Positions 32,925 to 40,158 of a stretch of 64,000 nt of DNA are shown here, in pieces. The stretch's first letter is position 1, and every line of letters begins with the position of its first letter. The stretch spans positions 3,172,776 through 3,236,775 of the forward strand of contig OZ240666.1 of assembly GCA_965198675.1 (NCBI GenBank). The letters are read 5' to 3'. Below the pieces are notes generated by a model. That model saw nothing but the letters and a program-made list of their open reading frames with translations, was not told the DNA's origin and made no database searches. The translations under genes were made by a program, and so were the position numbers. Origin of the DNA: Prochloron sp. (GTDB lineage Bacteria; Cyanobacteriota; Cyanobacteriia; Cyanobacteriales; Prochloraceae).

Positions 32925-34112
32925 TATAGCGCGTCTAAATCATTTGTGCAAATCGTGACTTTTGTGCTATGATGCCTTCAAACCAAACAAAAAGAGGATA
33001 AAATCATGTTAATGAATGATAAGAATCATCCTAACTTTACTAAAATACAGGAATTGAATGAGTTTATTCACAACACTAAGAATTTAAAAGAATGGAAAAG
33101 AGTACAAGCAGTAAAATTGAGATTATTGGGGTTGGATTATAAAAGTATTGAAGTAAGTTTAGGTGTTTCAACAAGCTTTATTGCCCAAACACAGAGAAAA
33201 TATTTGCTACAAGGTGTATCGGGATTAAGCCTGGGACATCAAGGTTCAAGAAGTTACCTAACTAGGGAGCAAAAAAAAGAAATTATAAAATGGCTCCAGC
33301 CACCAGAAAGACGTAACATTTCTGAATTAGAAAGACATCTTATAGAAGAATATGATGTCCTATTTAGGTCAAAAGAGAGTTATTATCAAATCTTGCGAAA
33401 CGCCAATTTAATATGGCAAAAAGGCAATAAAGAAAATCCCAGAAAAAATCCAGCTCGTATCAAAGAAAGAAATAAAGAATTAGCTGCTATATTACGCGAT
33501 AGCCTCGATAAGATAAAAGCTGAAAAACTTGTGGTATATGCTTTAGATGAGTGTCACCTTCAAGGCGATGAGATTTGTGGTTACCTTTGGGGAGACAAAA
33601 AAAACGAGAAATTGTTAAGATTGATAATTATAGAGCTAGACAAACTTACTATGGTGCTTTAAACATTTGGAATAATGAATTTATTGTTTGTCCTTATCCC
33701 AGCGGCAATGGACAAAATACTGTGAAATTTGTTGAAGAGATAAAGAATCGTCATCCTAACCAACAAATTATGTTACTTTGGGATGGTGCGTCATATCATA
33801 AAGGAGAGGAAATGAAAAAAATCTTAGCCAAATATAATGATGGATTAGCCAAAGATGAATGGTTGATTACTTGTGAATTGTTTGCTCCTTATAGTCCGGA
33901 AGAAAATCCTGTAGAGGGAATTTGGTTACAAGCCAAGAATTTTTTGAGGCGTTTTTATTACAAATGTAAAAATTTTACAGTTGTGAAAAGATTGTTCAAG
34001 CTATTTTTGGCTCTCAAACTTTTCAATCCGGAGAGATTGGAACGATACGATGTGTTTGCACAAATCATTTAGGCTCGCTATATATTTACACAAATGATTT
34101 AGACGTGCTATA
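32925..34112 (+). mobile_element. IS630-family insertion sequence
   Basis: IRL TATAGCGCGTCTAAATCATTTGTGCAAA (32925-32952) matches IRR TTTACACAAATGATTTAGACGTGCTATA (34085-34112) at 26/28. A second IR-like copy lies at 34055-34082 and a solo copy at 34712-34739. TA dinucleotides flank the element. Confidence 0.8.
33006..34072 (+). CDS. IS630 transposase (two frames joined by a -1 shift on A8 at 33597-33604)
   Basis: ORF1 has the HTH region. ORF2 has DDE residues (…ALDECH…, LLWDGASYH, YSPEENPVE). The frames overlap at GGAGACAAAAAAAACGAG. Confidence 0.8.
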
Positions 34113-34205
34113 TTGATGATCGATGAGAAGGAAACTACTACTTAAAATATCCATTCGCGATCTCCCTCCTTTGTAACTCAAGCGCAAAAAAGGAAAATAA
34201 AAGAG

Positions 34206-34661
34206 ATGAGACGACACCTGATAAGTATCTCGATCGTTAGTTTAGCTTTCGTTGAAGGATATCACCTCTGGACGATAAACGAGCGTGGATTCCATAGATA
34301 TTTGACTCGGTGGTTCAAAGAAAAAGAGGTTGATCCGCCAAATTTCTCCTGCGAGATGAACGGCGGTGGAGGATTGTTTGCTGGAAGCCGTGCCGGTACA
34401 TGTATTTTTAATATTAATCCGACAAAATTTAAAGTGTTAATCGAAAGACTTACATTTGAATCAATTCCTGTTGAGAAGCAATTAGAAGGCTGTTTCACTC
34501 TAGAATCATTTCAACTTTTCTTTTCAGGAAAGCAAAAATTTGATGTATATGAATCTCTAGAGCCACCGGGTCCTATTAATACTTCAACCTTATTTAAAAG
34601 GCTTTATTTTAATAAATCGTCTGGCGAAGGATGTATTGATCTAGAATACCCCTATGGTTAG
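34206..34661 (+). CDS. hypothetical protein (N-terminal hydrophobic segment)
   Basis: 151-aa ORF between IS630 end-like repeats. No motif recognised. Confidence 0.3.
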   Translation: MRRHLISISIVSLAFVEGYHLWTINERGFHRYLTRWFKEKEVDPPNFSCEMNGGGGLFAGSRAGTCIFNINPTKFKVLIERLTFESIPVEKQLEGCFTLESFQLFFSGKQKFDVYESLEPPGPINTSTLFKRLYFNKSSGEGCIDLEYPYG

Positions 34662-35148
34662 GAAAGCTCCTACATCAGCTTGATGTCCTAACCTACTATC
34701 GTAACGCTATATTTGCACAAATGATTCAGGCTCGCTATATATACCATATTAGCAGTAAAGTTGAACCAGTAGACTTGTCTCAATTACGAGAAGAAATGAG
34801 TTTATCCCCAGGGAATTTATTAGCTGCTATGGAGTCTTTACAGAGGCGATCCGTAATGGATACCCTACGGGGTGCGTTTCTGGAAGAAAAACTCTTTATC
34901 ATTCAGCCTTTAATTAAAGAATGTCTCCGAACAAATTAATTAATATTAGGGTGGGTACAGTAAAAAATATGATAACACAAAAGTAAAAATTGATATCAAC
35001 CTTGTTCACCCTACGCACCGGGCGCAAGCCTTGCGGGCGCATGCCATGCGCCCCTACCCCCGCAATGATGGGATGATTTACTCCTTTGCGTCTTGGCGAC
35101 TTTGCGCGAAACTCTTCCTAGTTGTCTGGTTTGGTGGGCAATGCCCAC

Positions 35149-36519
35149 CTACAGTTTTGTTTCTAATTCTTGACGCAGTCGATAAATAATCGTATTCGGT
35201 TCAACAGTAGCGAGAATATCTTGAATAACAGTACTCGGTCCCAAATTTCCCCAACTACAACCCCTTTCTAAATATTTTACCGCCACTTTCCCCACTGCAT
35301 AAGCCCCATATCCAGCAATACCTCCTTGAGTAAGAGCAGTACTTGCATAAGCAGTCAAAGCAGCAGGACTTTCCCACATGGTAACTACTGTACTCTTTCC
35401 CAGTCCTAAAACAAAGCTACTACCAATTTCCCCTAAGAGCAAACTGCCAGAACTCAGGAGTATCTTACGCCAAAGTTTCCCGGCGTCTTTACTGGTCATA
35501 GGTAAACCATATAACTTTGCCAGAGAGCGAATCAAGCCTAAATCAGTTATCATTCCCCCCAGGATATCTAAGAGAGGGATAGGATTAACTGCAACTGCGA
35601 AAGCCTTATATTGGGCATATTTCCAGATTATCTCCTCTGCTTCTTCTCGACGCAATGCAATGGTCTTCTGAGCAATATTTGTTTCGGCGGAGCGCCCTTG
35701 CATGAGAGCATTTAAAGCTAAGAGCGATCGCCCTTCCCGGTTCAAAATCTGGAGAATTATCCCTCGCAATTCATCTATTTGTGGTGGTTGCGGTTCCCAT
35801 TCTTGGGTTACCCTCCCATCCGCCCATTCTACCCGCACTGGTAAGGGTGAGGGTTCCGCAGCTACCATGGCAATTTCCGAACTGGTTAATAATTCTTCTA
35901 CTCCTGTACCAGTTCCCAATGCTTGTAATTGGCGGTAAATGGACTCTCTGTCTTGCTCAGGGTAGAGGTCGATTTTGTTAAATACCAGTATGAGGGGTTT
36001 TTGACTTCTTCGCAGTTCTGATAATGCCTCATATTCAGTACGGGTAATATCTCCAGCTACCACAAAGAGAATTAAATCTGCTTCCTGCGCCACTTCCCGC
36101 GCCATTTCAGCCCTTGTTTCCCCTTCAATTTCATCCAAACCCGGGGTATCGATTAATTCTACCTGTACCTTACCACTGCTGGGGGTCCAACACACGGATT
36201 TTGGCCATTTTGTAACACCATGAAGTGGTCCCGTGGGCATTACTTTGTCTCCTAATAAGGCGTTTATGATGGCTGATTTACCCCGGCTGACTAAGCCAAA
36301 AGTGGCAATGTGAATTACTTTTTGGTCTAGTTTAGCCAAGGCAGATTTTAATGCTTGTAAATCTGGGCGTACTGCTCCTTGCAATTCTACATTGGGAAGA
36401 TGATTTTTCCCGTGACGCCCAAAACTAGAATACCAAGACATTGCTCGCTGTAAACTAGCGCGCGCTCTTGTAAAGTGGGTTTCTTGTTGGCTTTGACTCA
36501 AGGTTAGGGGTTGGTACAA
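35149..36519 (-). CDS. GTP-binding protein with C-terminal DUF697-like membrane region
   Basis: G1 GLVSRGKSAIINAL, G3 DTPG, G4 NKID. It is a paralog of 62403-63827. Confidence 0.8.
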   Translation of the reverse strand: MYQPLTLSQSQQETHFTRARASLQRAMSWYSSFGRHGKNHLPNVELQGAVRPDLQALKSALAKLDQKVIHIATFGLVSRGKSAIINALLGDKVMPTGPLHGVTKWPKSVCWTPSSGKVQVELIDTPGLDEIEGETRAEMAREVAQEADLILFVVAGDITRTEYEALSELRRSQKPLILVFNKIDLYPEQDRESIYRQLQALGTGTGVEELLTSSEIAMVAAEPSPLPVRVEWADGRVTQEWEPQPPQIDELRGIILQILNREGRSLLALNALMQGRSAETNIAQKTIALRREEAEEIIWKYAQYKAFAVAVNPIPLLDILGGMITDLGLIRSLAKLYGLPMTSKDAGKLWRKILLSSGSLLLGEIGSSFVLGLGKSTVVTMWESPAALTAYASTALTQGGIAGYGAYAVGKVAVKYLERGCSWGNLGPSTVIQDILATVEPNTIIYRLRQELETKL

Positions 36520-36696
36520 TTTTTGGGAATGAAAGTTTCACGCAGAGGCGCAGAGGCGCAGAGAGGCACGGAAAGTCATTGTACCTATATATTAGCAAGT
36601 CTTGACAGATTAGATTGTAAACATTTGTAACAAATACTTTAAATCCCCTTGACAGTCTCTGTATTTGCATTATATTATGGAATAAATCAAAAACCT

Positions 36697-36834
36697 GCGA
36701 CAGGTGGCGGAATGGTAGACGCGATAGTTTAAAAAAATCTTGATTCACATCTTGCTTGAAAAGGCCGTAGAGTTGAGAGTTATCGGAAACTATTAACTGT
36801 TTAGTTGTGGAGGTTCAAATCCTCCTCTGTCGCA
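36697..36834 (+). ncRNA. tRNA-like / Y-RNA-like chimeric RNA, unit 1 (Leu-type scaffold)
   Basis: Promoter is TTGACA 36649-36654 with TATATT about 17 nt downstream. The acceptor is GCGACAG/CTGTCGC and the D arm is GGCGGAATGGTAGACGC. A long variable hairpin reads AACT-GTTT-AGTT and the T arm is GGAGGTTCAAATCCTCC. A 7-bp stem ATAGTTT/AAACTAT carries a divergent Ro-type hairpin (CTTGCTTGAAAAGGCCGTAGAGTTGAGAGTTATCG). A T-run follows. Confidence 0.6.
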
Positions 36835-36932
36835 CTTTCGAGTTATTTTAATCCAATGCTTGAATTTGAGATTTTTTTGACCCAACCCCTTGACCAATGA
36901 ATTATTATTGTAGTAAACTGTAAATAAGTAGA

Positions 36933-37032
36933 TGGCGGGATGGTCGCCCTTATTCATTCCTTGCCTGACAAGGCCGCAGAATGAGGTTTATCGTTGGTAA
37001 AGACAATGCGGGTTCGACCCCCGTCCCCGCCG
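36933..37032 (+). ncRNA. tRNA-like / Y-RNA-like chimeric RNA, unit 2 (truncated, no D arm)
   Basis: Promoter is TTGACC 36890-36895 with TAAACT. The terminal stem is GGCGGG/CCCGCC. The module is CCTTATTCATTCCTTGCC-TGACAA-GGCCGCAGAATGAGGTTTATCG. The T arm is GCGGGTTCGACCCCCGT, followed by CATTTTT. Confidence 0.45.
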
Positions 37033-37299
37033 CTCCCATTTTTCTCAAATTACCTCTATAGCAGTGAGCACGTACCTTGACAGTTACCAGTACTAATGAC
37101 TAGTTATAGCAATGTCCCGAAAGCTTTATACCACTGTCATTGAGCTAACTTCGTGCAGATGTATATCCAAGTTTAATCTGTAACTCAAGAGTGCGCGAAT
37201 CGCTCTATCTCAAAATTAGATTGTAAATATTTATTACAAATGCTTGAACCCCCTTGACAGTTACTGTATTTCCAGTGTAATATAAAATATATAAACCTT

Positions 37300-37434
37300 T
37301 GGCGGAGTAGCTTAAATGGATAGAGCATTTGTCCAGATTCCTTATTCGTTTCTTGCCCTAGGGGCCGAAGAATTGAGGATTATCGACTCCTGGCTTTACC
37401 GGGAAAGATGCGGGTTCGACTCCCGTCTCCGCCA
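37300..37434 (+). ncRNA. tRNA-like / Y-RNA-like chimeric RNA, unit 3
   Basis: Promoter is TTGACA 37254-37259 with TAATAT 37278-37283. The stem is TGGCGGAG/CTCCGCCA and the D arm is GCTTAAATGGATAGAGC. The module is TTCCTTATTCGTTTCTTGCCC-TAG-GGGCCGAAGAATTGAGGATTATCG. The T arm is GCGGGTTCGACTCCCGT, followed by a T-run. Confidence 0.6.
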
Positions 37435-37510
37435 TCAATATTTTTCTCTTACCTCTTGACAAGTAAAATATGTTTGTAGTAAAATTAGAATAGAGAAGTT
37501 AATAAAGCTT

Positions 37511-37629
37511 GTGGCGAGTAGCCAAGTGGTAAGGCAGTTTCCTTGTTCGTTCCTTGCCCCATGGGCCGAAGAATTGAGGATTATCGTTTTGGGAACGACT
37601 ATTCGGGGGTTCGACTCCCCCTTCGCCAC
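37511..37629 (+). ncRNA. tRNA-like / Y-RNA-like chimeric RNA, unit 4 (retains a UGG anticodon hairpin)
   Basis: Promoter is TTGACA 37456-37461 with TAAAAT 37480-37485. An 8-bp stem GTGGCGAG/TTCGCCAC is followed by TA and the D arm GCCAAGTGGTAAGGC. The Ro-type module is present. The anticodon-like hairpin is TCGT-TTTGGGA-ACGA and the T arm is GGGGGTTCGACTCCCCC. A T-run follows. Confidence 0.7.
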
Positions 37630-37707
37630 CTTCATTTTTTTTTAATTACCTCTTGACAAATGAAATATGTTTGTAGTAACATTAGAATATAAAAGTTAAT
37701 AAAGTTT

Positions 37708-37839
37708 GTGGCGAGTGGCCGAGTGGTCAAAGGCGAGTTGTTTTTACTATCCCTTGTTTATTCCTTGCCCTATGGGCCGAAAAATTGAGGGTTATCAAAC
37801 TTGATTATATCTTCGGAGGTTCAAATCCTTCCTCGCCAC
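37708..37839 (+). ncRNA. tRNA-like / Y-RNA-like chimeric RNA, unit 5 (Ser/Leu-type D arm)
   Basis: Promoter is TTGACA 37653-37658 with TAACAT 37677-37682. The stem is GTGGCGAG/CTCGCCAC and the D arm is GGCCGAGTGGTCAAAGGCG. A stem AGTT/AACT carries the module CCCTTGTTTATTCCTTGCCC-TAT-GGGCCGAAAAATTGAGGGTTATC. The T arm is GGAGGTTCAAATCCTTC. Confidence 0.65.
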
Positions 37840-37913
37840 CTTCATTTTTATCCAATTACCTCTTGACAGTAAAAATATGTAGTAAAATAAGAATACAGTC
37901 ATTAATAAAGCTT

Positions 37914-38011
37914 GTGGCGAATCGTCTAGAGGCCTAGGACACTTATCCTTATTCGTTCCTTGCCTTACGGGCCGAAGAGGAGAGACGGGGGTTCGAATCC
38001 CCCTTCGCCAC
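37914..38011 (+). ncRNA. tRNA-like / Y-RNA-like chimeric RNA, unit 6 (Glu-type D arm, 3' half of module deleted)
   Basis: TTGACA 37863-37868 is only 14 nt from TAAAAT. The stem is GTGGCGAA/TTCGCCAC and the D arm is GTCTAGAGGCCTAGGAC. The module is truncated after GGGCCGAAG. The T arm is GGGGGTTCGAATCCCCC. Confidence 0.5.
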
Positions 38012-38089
38012 TTTCATTTTTTTTTAATTACCTCTTGACGAATGAAATATGTTTGTAGTAACATTAGAATATAAAAGTTAATAAAGTTT

Positions 38090-38210
38090 GTGGCGAGTAG
38101 CTCAGTGGTAGAGCGAGTTTTCCTTATTCATTCCTTGTCTAATGGGCCGAAGAATTAGGATTATCGACTTATAAGCGACTTGATCGGGGGTTCGATTCCC
38201 TCCTCGCCAC
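38090..38210 (+). ncRNA. tRNA-like / Y-RNA-like chimeric RNA, unit 7 (UAU anticodon-like loop)
   Basis: Promoter is TTGACG 38035-38040 with TAACAT 38059-38064. The stem is GTGGCGAG/CTCGCCAC and the D arm is GCTCAGTGGTAGAGC. The Ro-type module is present. The hairpin TCGA-CTTATAA-GCGA has one mismatch. The T arm is GGGGGTTCGATTCCCTC. Confidence 0.7.
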
Positions 38211-38288
38211 CCCATTTTTATCAAATTACCCCTTAACAAATAAAATATATGTGTAGTAAACTAAAAATATAAAAATTTATAAAATTGG

Positions 38289-38421
38289 TGGCGAGTGGCT
38301 GAGTGGTTGAAAGCAAGTTATTGTAACTTATCCTTGTCCTGATCCTTGGTTGCTTCTTTGCCCTAGGGGCCGTAAATTGAGGGTTATCTAAGGGATCGGG
38401 GGTTCGAATCCCCTCTCGCCA
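38289..38421 (+). ncRNA. tRNA-like / Y-RNA-like chimeric RNA, unit 8
   Basis: Promoter is TTAACA 38233-38238 with TAAACT 38257-38262. The stem is TGGCGAG/CTCGCCA and the D arm is GGCTGAGTGGTTGAAAGC. A hairpin AAGTTA-TTG-TAACTT precedes an expanded module (…CTTCTTTGCCC-TAG-GGGCCGTAAATTGAGGGTTATC). The T arm is GGGGGTTCGAATCCCCT. Confidence 0.6.
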
Positions 38422-38501
38422 GTTTCAATTTTTTTCCAATTACCTCTTGACCAATGAAACATATGTGTAGTATAATTAAAATATAGAGATTAATAAAGCA
38501 T

Positions 38502-38622
38502 GTGGCGAGTAGCTCAATGGTAGAGCGAGTACTCCTTGTTCATTCCTTGCCCTAGGGGCCGAAGAATGAGGATTATCGACTCATAATCGACTAGGTAGGG
38601 GGTTCGATTCCTTCTTCGCCAC
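38502..38622 (+). ncRNA. tRNA-like / Y-RNA-like chimeric RNA, unit 9 (retains a CAU anticodon hairpin)
   Basis: Promoter is TTGACC 38447-38452 with TATAAT 38471-38476. The stem is GTGGCGAG/TTCGCCAC and the D arm is GCTCAATGGTAGAGC. The module is TCCTTGTTCATTCCTTGCCC-TAG-GGGCCGAAGAATGAGGATTATCG. The hairpin TCGA-CTCATAA-TCGA has a canonical Met-type loop. The T arm is GGGGGTTCGATTCCTTC. Confidence 0.7.
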
Positions 38623-38644
38623 ACCATTTTTCTCAAATTCCCCC

Positions 38645-38674
38645 TTGACACTTGAAGTCTTAATGTAGTATAAT
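38645..38674 (+). promoter_or_regulatory. tenth copy of the array promoter, positioned to drive the Ro60/rsr gene
   Basis: TTGACA (38645-38650), an 18-nt spacer, then TATAAT (38669-38674). It has the same context (…AATTCCCCCTTGACA…GTAGTATAAT) as the promoters of units 4-9. Confidence 0.6.
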
Positions 38675-38816
38675 AGGAGTATAAAGCAAAATAAGGAGGA
38701 TTGAGATAAGAGAAGTGAAAAGCGATCGCCTTGGAGAGCCACTAAGGATTTGCAAGGCAATATCACTGGGAAGGTGGGCGATGCCCACCCTACGAAACTC
38801 TTCTGCCCCAAACCAA

Positions 38817-38844
38817 TTTTTGCCTGAAAAGGCTGTAGAATAAA
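38817..38844 (+). promoter_or_regulatory. Ro-module-like hairpin in the rsr 5' UTR, ending 6 nt before the ATG
   Basis: TTTTTGCC-TGAAAA-GGCTGTAGAATAAAA resembles the module cores of unit 1 (CTTGCT-TGAAA-AGGCCGTAGAG) and unit 2 (CTTGCC-TGACAA-GGCCGCAGAATGAGG). Confidence 0.35.
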
Positions 38845-38850
38845 ACAACA

Positions 38851-40158
38851 ATGAATTATCAGTTTTTTACTCAAAAAAAGACAGGAACGCCTCAAAATAA
38901 ACCCATACCGGGACGGGAAGCGGAGATGATTCAAGGGCGCTCCGGGGGCTTCATGTTCGATGCTGGCATTTGGCAAATGCTGCGACGCTGCTTGCTTATT
39001 GGCACAGCTCAAAGCACCTACTATGCAGGAAAGAAAGAATTAACAGAAGATTTTGTCCAAGTTATTAAAGAGGCGATCGCTACTAACCCGAATAAAGTAG
39101 CAGAAAAAATAGTCTACGCTAGTGACGGTAAGGCTATCAATAATAGCGCCCCTTTATTTGCTTTGGTACTCTTATCTATGGGAGCAACACCAGAAGCAAA
39201 AAAGGCATTTCAGGAAATCTTTCCCCAAGTAGTTCGCACTGGAAGTCATTTTTATGAATGGTTGAGCTACACCAAAGCTCTGAGAGGATTTGGGAAGGTA
39301 GTGCGAGAAGTGGGGAGGCAATGGTTATCTCGGGAAAATGTTAAAAATTTAACTTATCAACTACTGAAATACCAACAGCGTCACGGCTTTTCTCATCGGG
39401 ATGCTTTGCGTCTATTTCACGTTCAACCTCCTACGGAAGAGCATAACCAATTGTTTCGTTGGGTAGTCAAAGGTTGGGATGAACTGCCAACAGAAATTCC
39501 CAGGTCAGCACTGGCTCAAATTTGGTGGTATGAGTGGTTGAAACGGAACCCTAATAAAACCCATGAGGCGATTGCCAAAGGTAACCTCACCCACGAAATG
39601 GTTGCCCCAGTAGGGAAAATGGATAAGCAAGCATGGCAATTATTATTTGATAAAATGCCCATTGGTGCAATGCTGCGGAACTTAGGTTCTCTGACGGAAC
39701 TAGGAGTACTCCGGGCTGACACACCAGGTAATTTAGACAGGGTGGAAGGAGTACTCAACAATTCTATCTATCTACGTAAAGGAAGAATCCACCCTATAGA
39801 CGTACTTAAAGCCTTGAAAACTTATCAATCTGGAGGTAGAATCGGGAGGAGCAAGAAAACCTGGAACCCAGTAGGGCGGATTGTGGATATCTTAGAAAAG
39901 GCAGTGGAATTGTCTTTTGATGTGGTGGAACTTACAGAGAAGGTATTCATGCACGCGGTGGATATATCCGGTTCCATGTCTTGTGGTGTGGTGGAGTCAG
40001 TAGGAATGAGCTGCTGCGAGATTGCCACTACTATGGCATTAGTTACAGCTAAGGCGGAGAAAAACTACGCTATTAGGGGATTTTCCACCAAGTTCCGCGA
40101 TTTGGGTATCTCTAAAAAAGATAGCTTTAGGAGTGCAATCGCCAAAGCTAGCAATTAA
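38851..40158 (+). CDS. rsr: Ro60/Rsr ortholog (TROVE domain + start of vWA domain), terminated by an in-frame TAA
   Basis: TROVE-like N-terminal region (…QGRSGGFMFDAGIWQMLRRCLLIGTAQSTYYAGKKELT…). The vWA MIDAS start is AVDISGSMS. The stop at 40156-40158 is in the same frame as the next ORF. Confidence 0.8.
   Translation: MNYQFFTQKKTGTPQNKPIPGREAEMIQGRSGGFMFDAGIWQMLRRCLLIGTAQSTYYAGKKELTEDFVQVIKEAIATNPNKVAEKIVYASDGKAINNSAPLFALVLLSMGATPEAKKAFQEIFPQVVRTGSHFYEWLSYTKALRGFGKVVREVGRQWLSRENVKNLTYQLLKYQQRHGFSHRDALRLFHVQPPTEEHNQLFRWVVKGWDELPTEIPRSALAQIWWYEWLKRNPNKTHEAIAKGNLTHEMVAPVGKMDKQAWQLLFDKMPIGAMLRNLGSLTELGVLRADTPGNLDRVEGVLNNSIYLRKGRIHPIDVLKALKTYQSGGRIGRSKKTWNPVGRIVDILEKAVELSFDVVELTEKVFMHAVDISGSMSCGVVESVGMSCCEIATTMALVTAKAEKNYAIRGFSTKFRDLGISKKDSFRSAIAKASN

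Noticed and set aside
36697-38622. Ordinary tRNA gene cluster
   Set aside because: Six units share nearly the same acceptor stem despite different D arms. Position 1 would be U. Most units lack a normal anticodon arm, and all carry a 45-nt extra hairpin at a non-intron position. They are therefore not canonical decoding tRNAs, although they were probably derived from tRNAs.
36600-38640. Regularly spaced repeats that could be taken for a CRISPR array
   Set aside because: The repeated units are 100-140 nt and are internally structured as tRNA-like cloverleaf parts plus a conserved hairpin. Each is preceded by its own -35/-10 promoter and followed by a T-run. There are no short identical direct repeats separated by unique spacers, and no cas genes.
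38581-39012. 143-aa minus-strand ORF overlapping unit 9, the rsr promoter and the rsr start
   Set aside because: It is antisense to a well-supported Ro60 N-terminus and to the RNA array. It has no motif, and its composition is typical of a shadow ORF.
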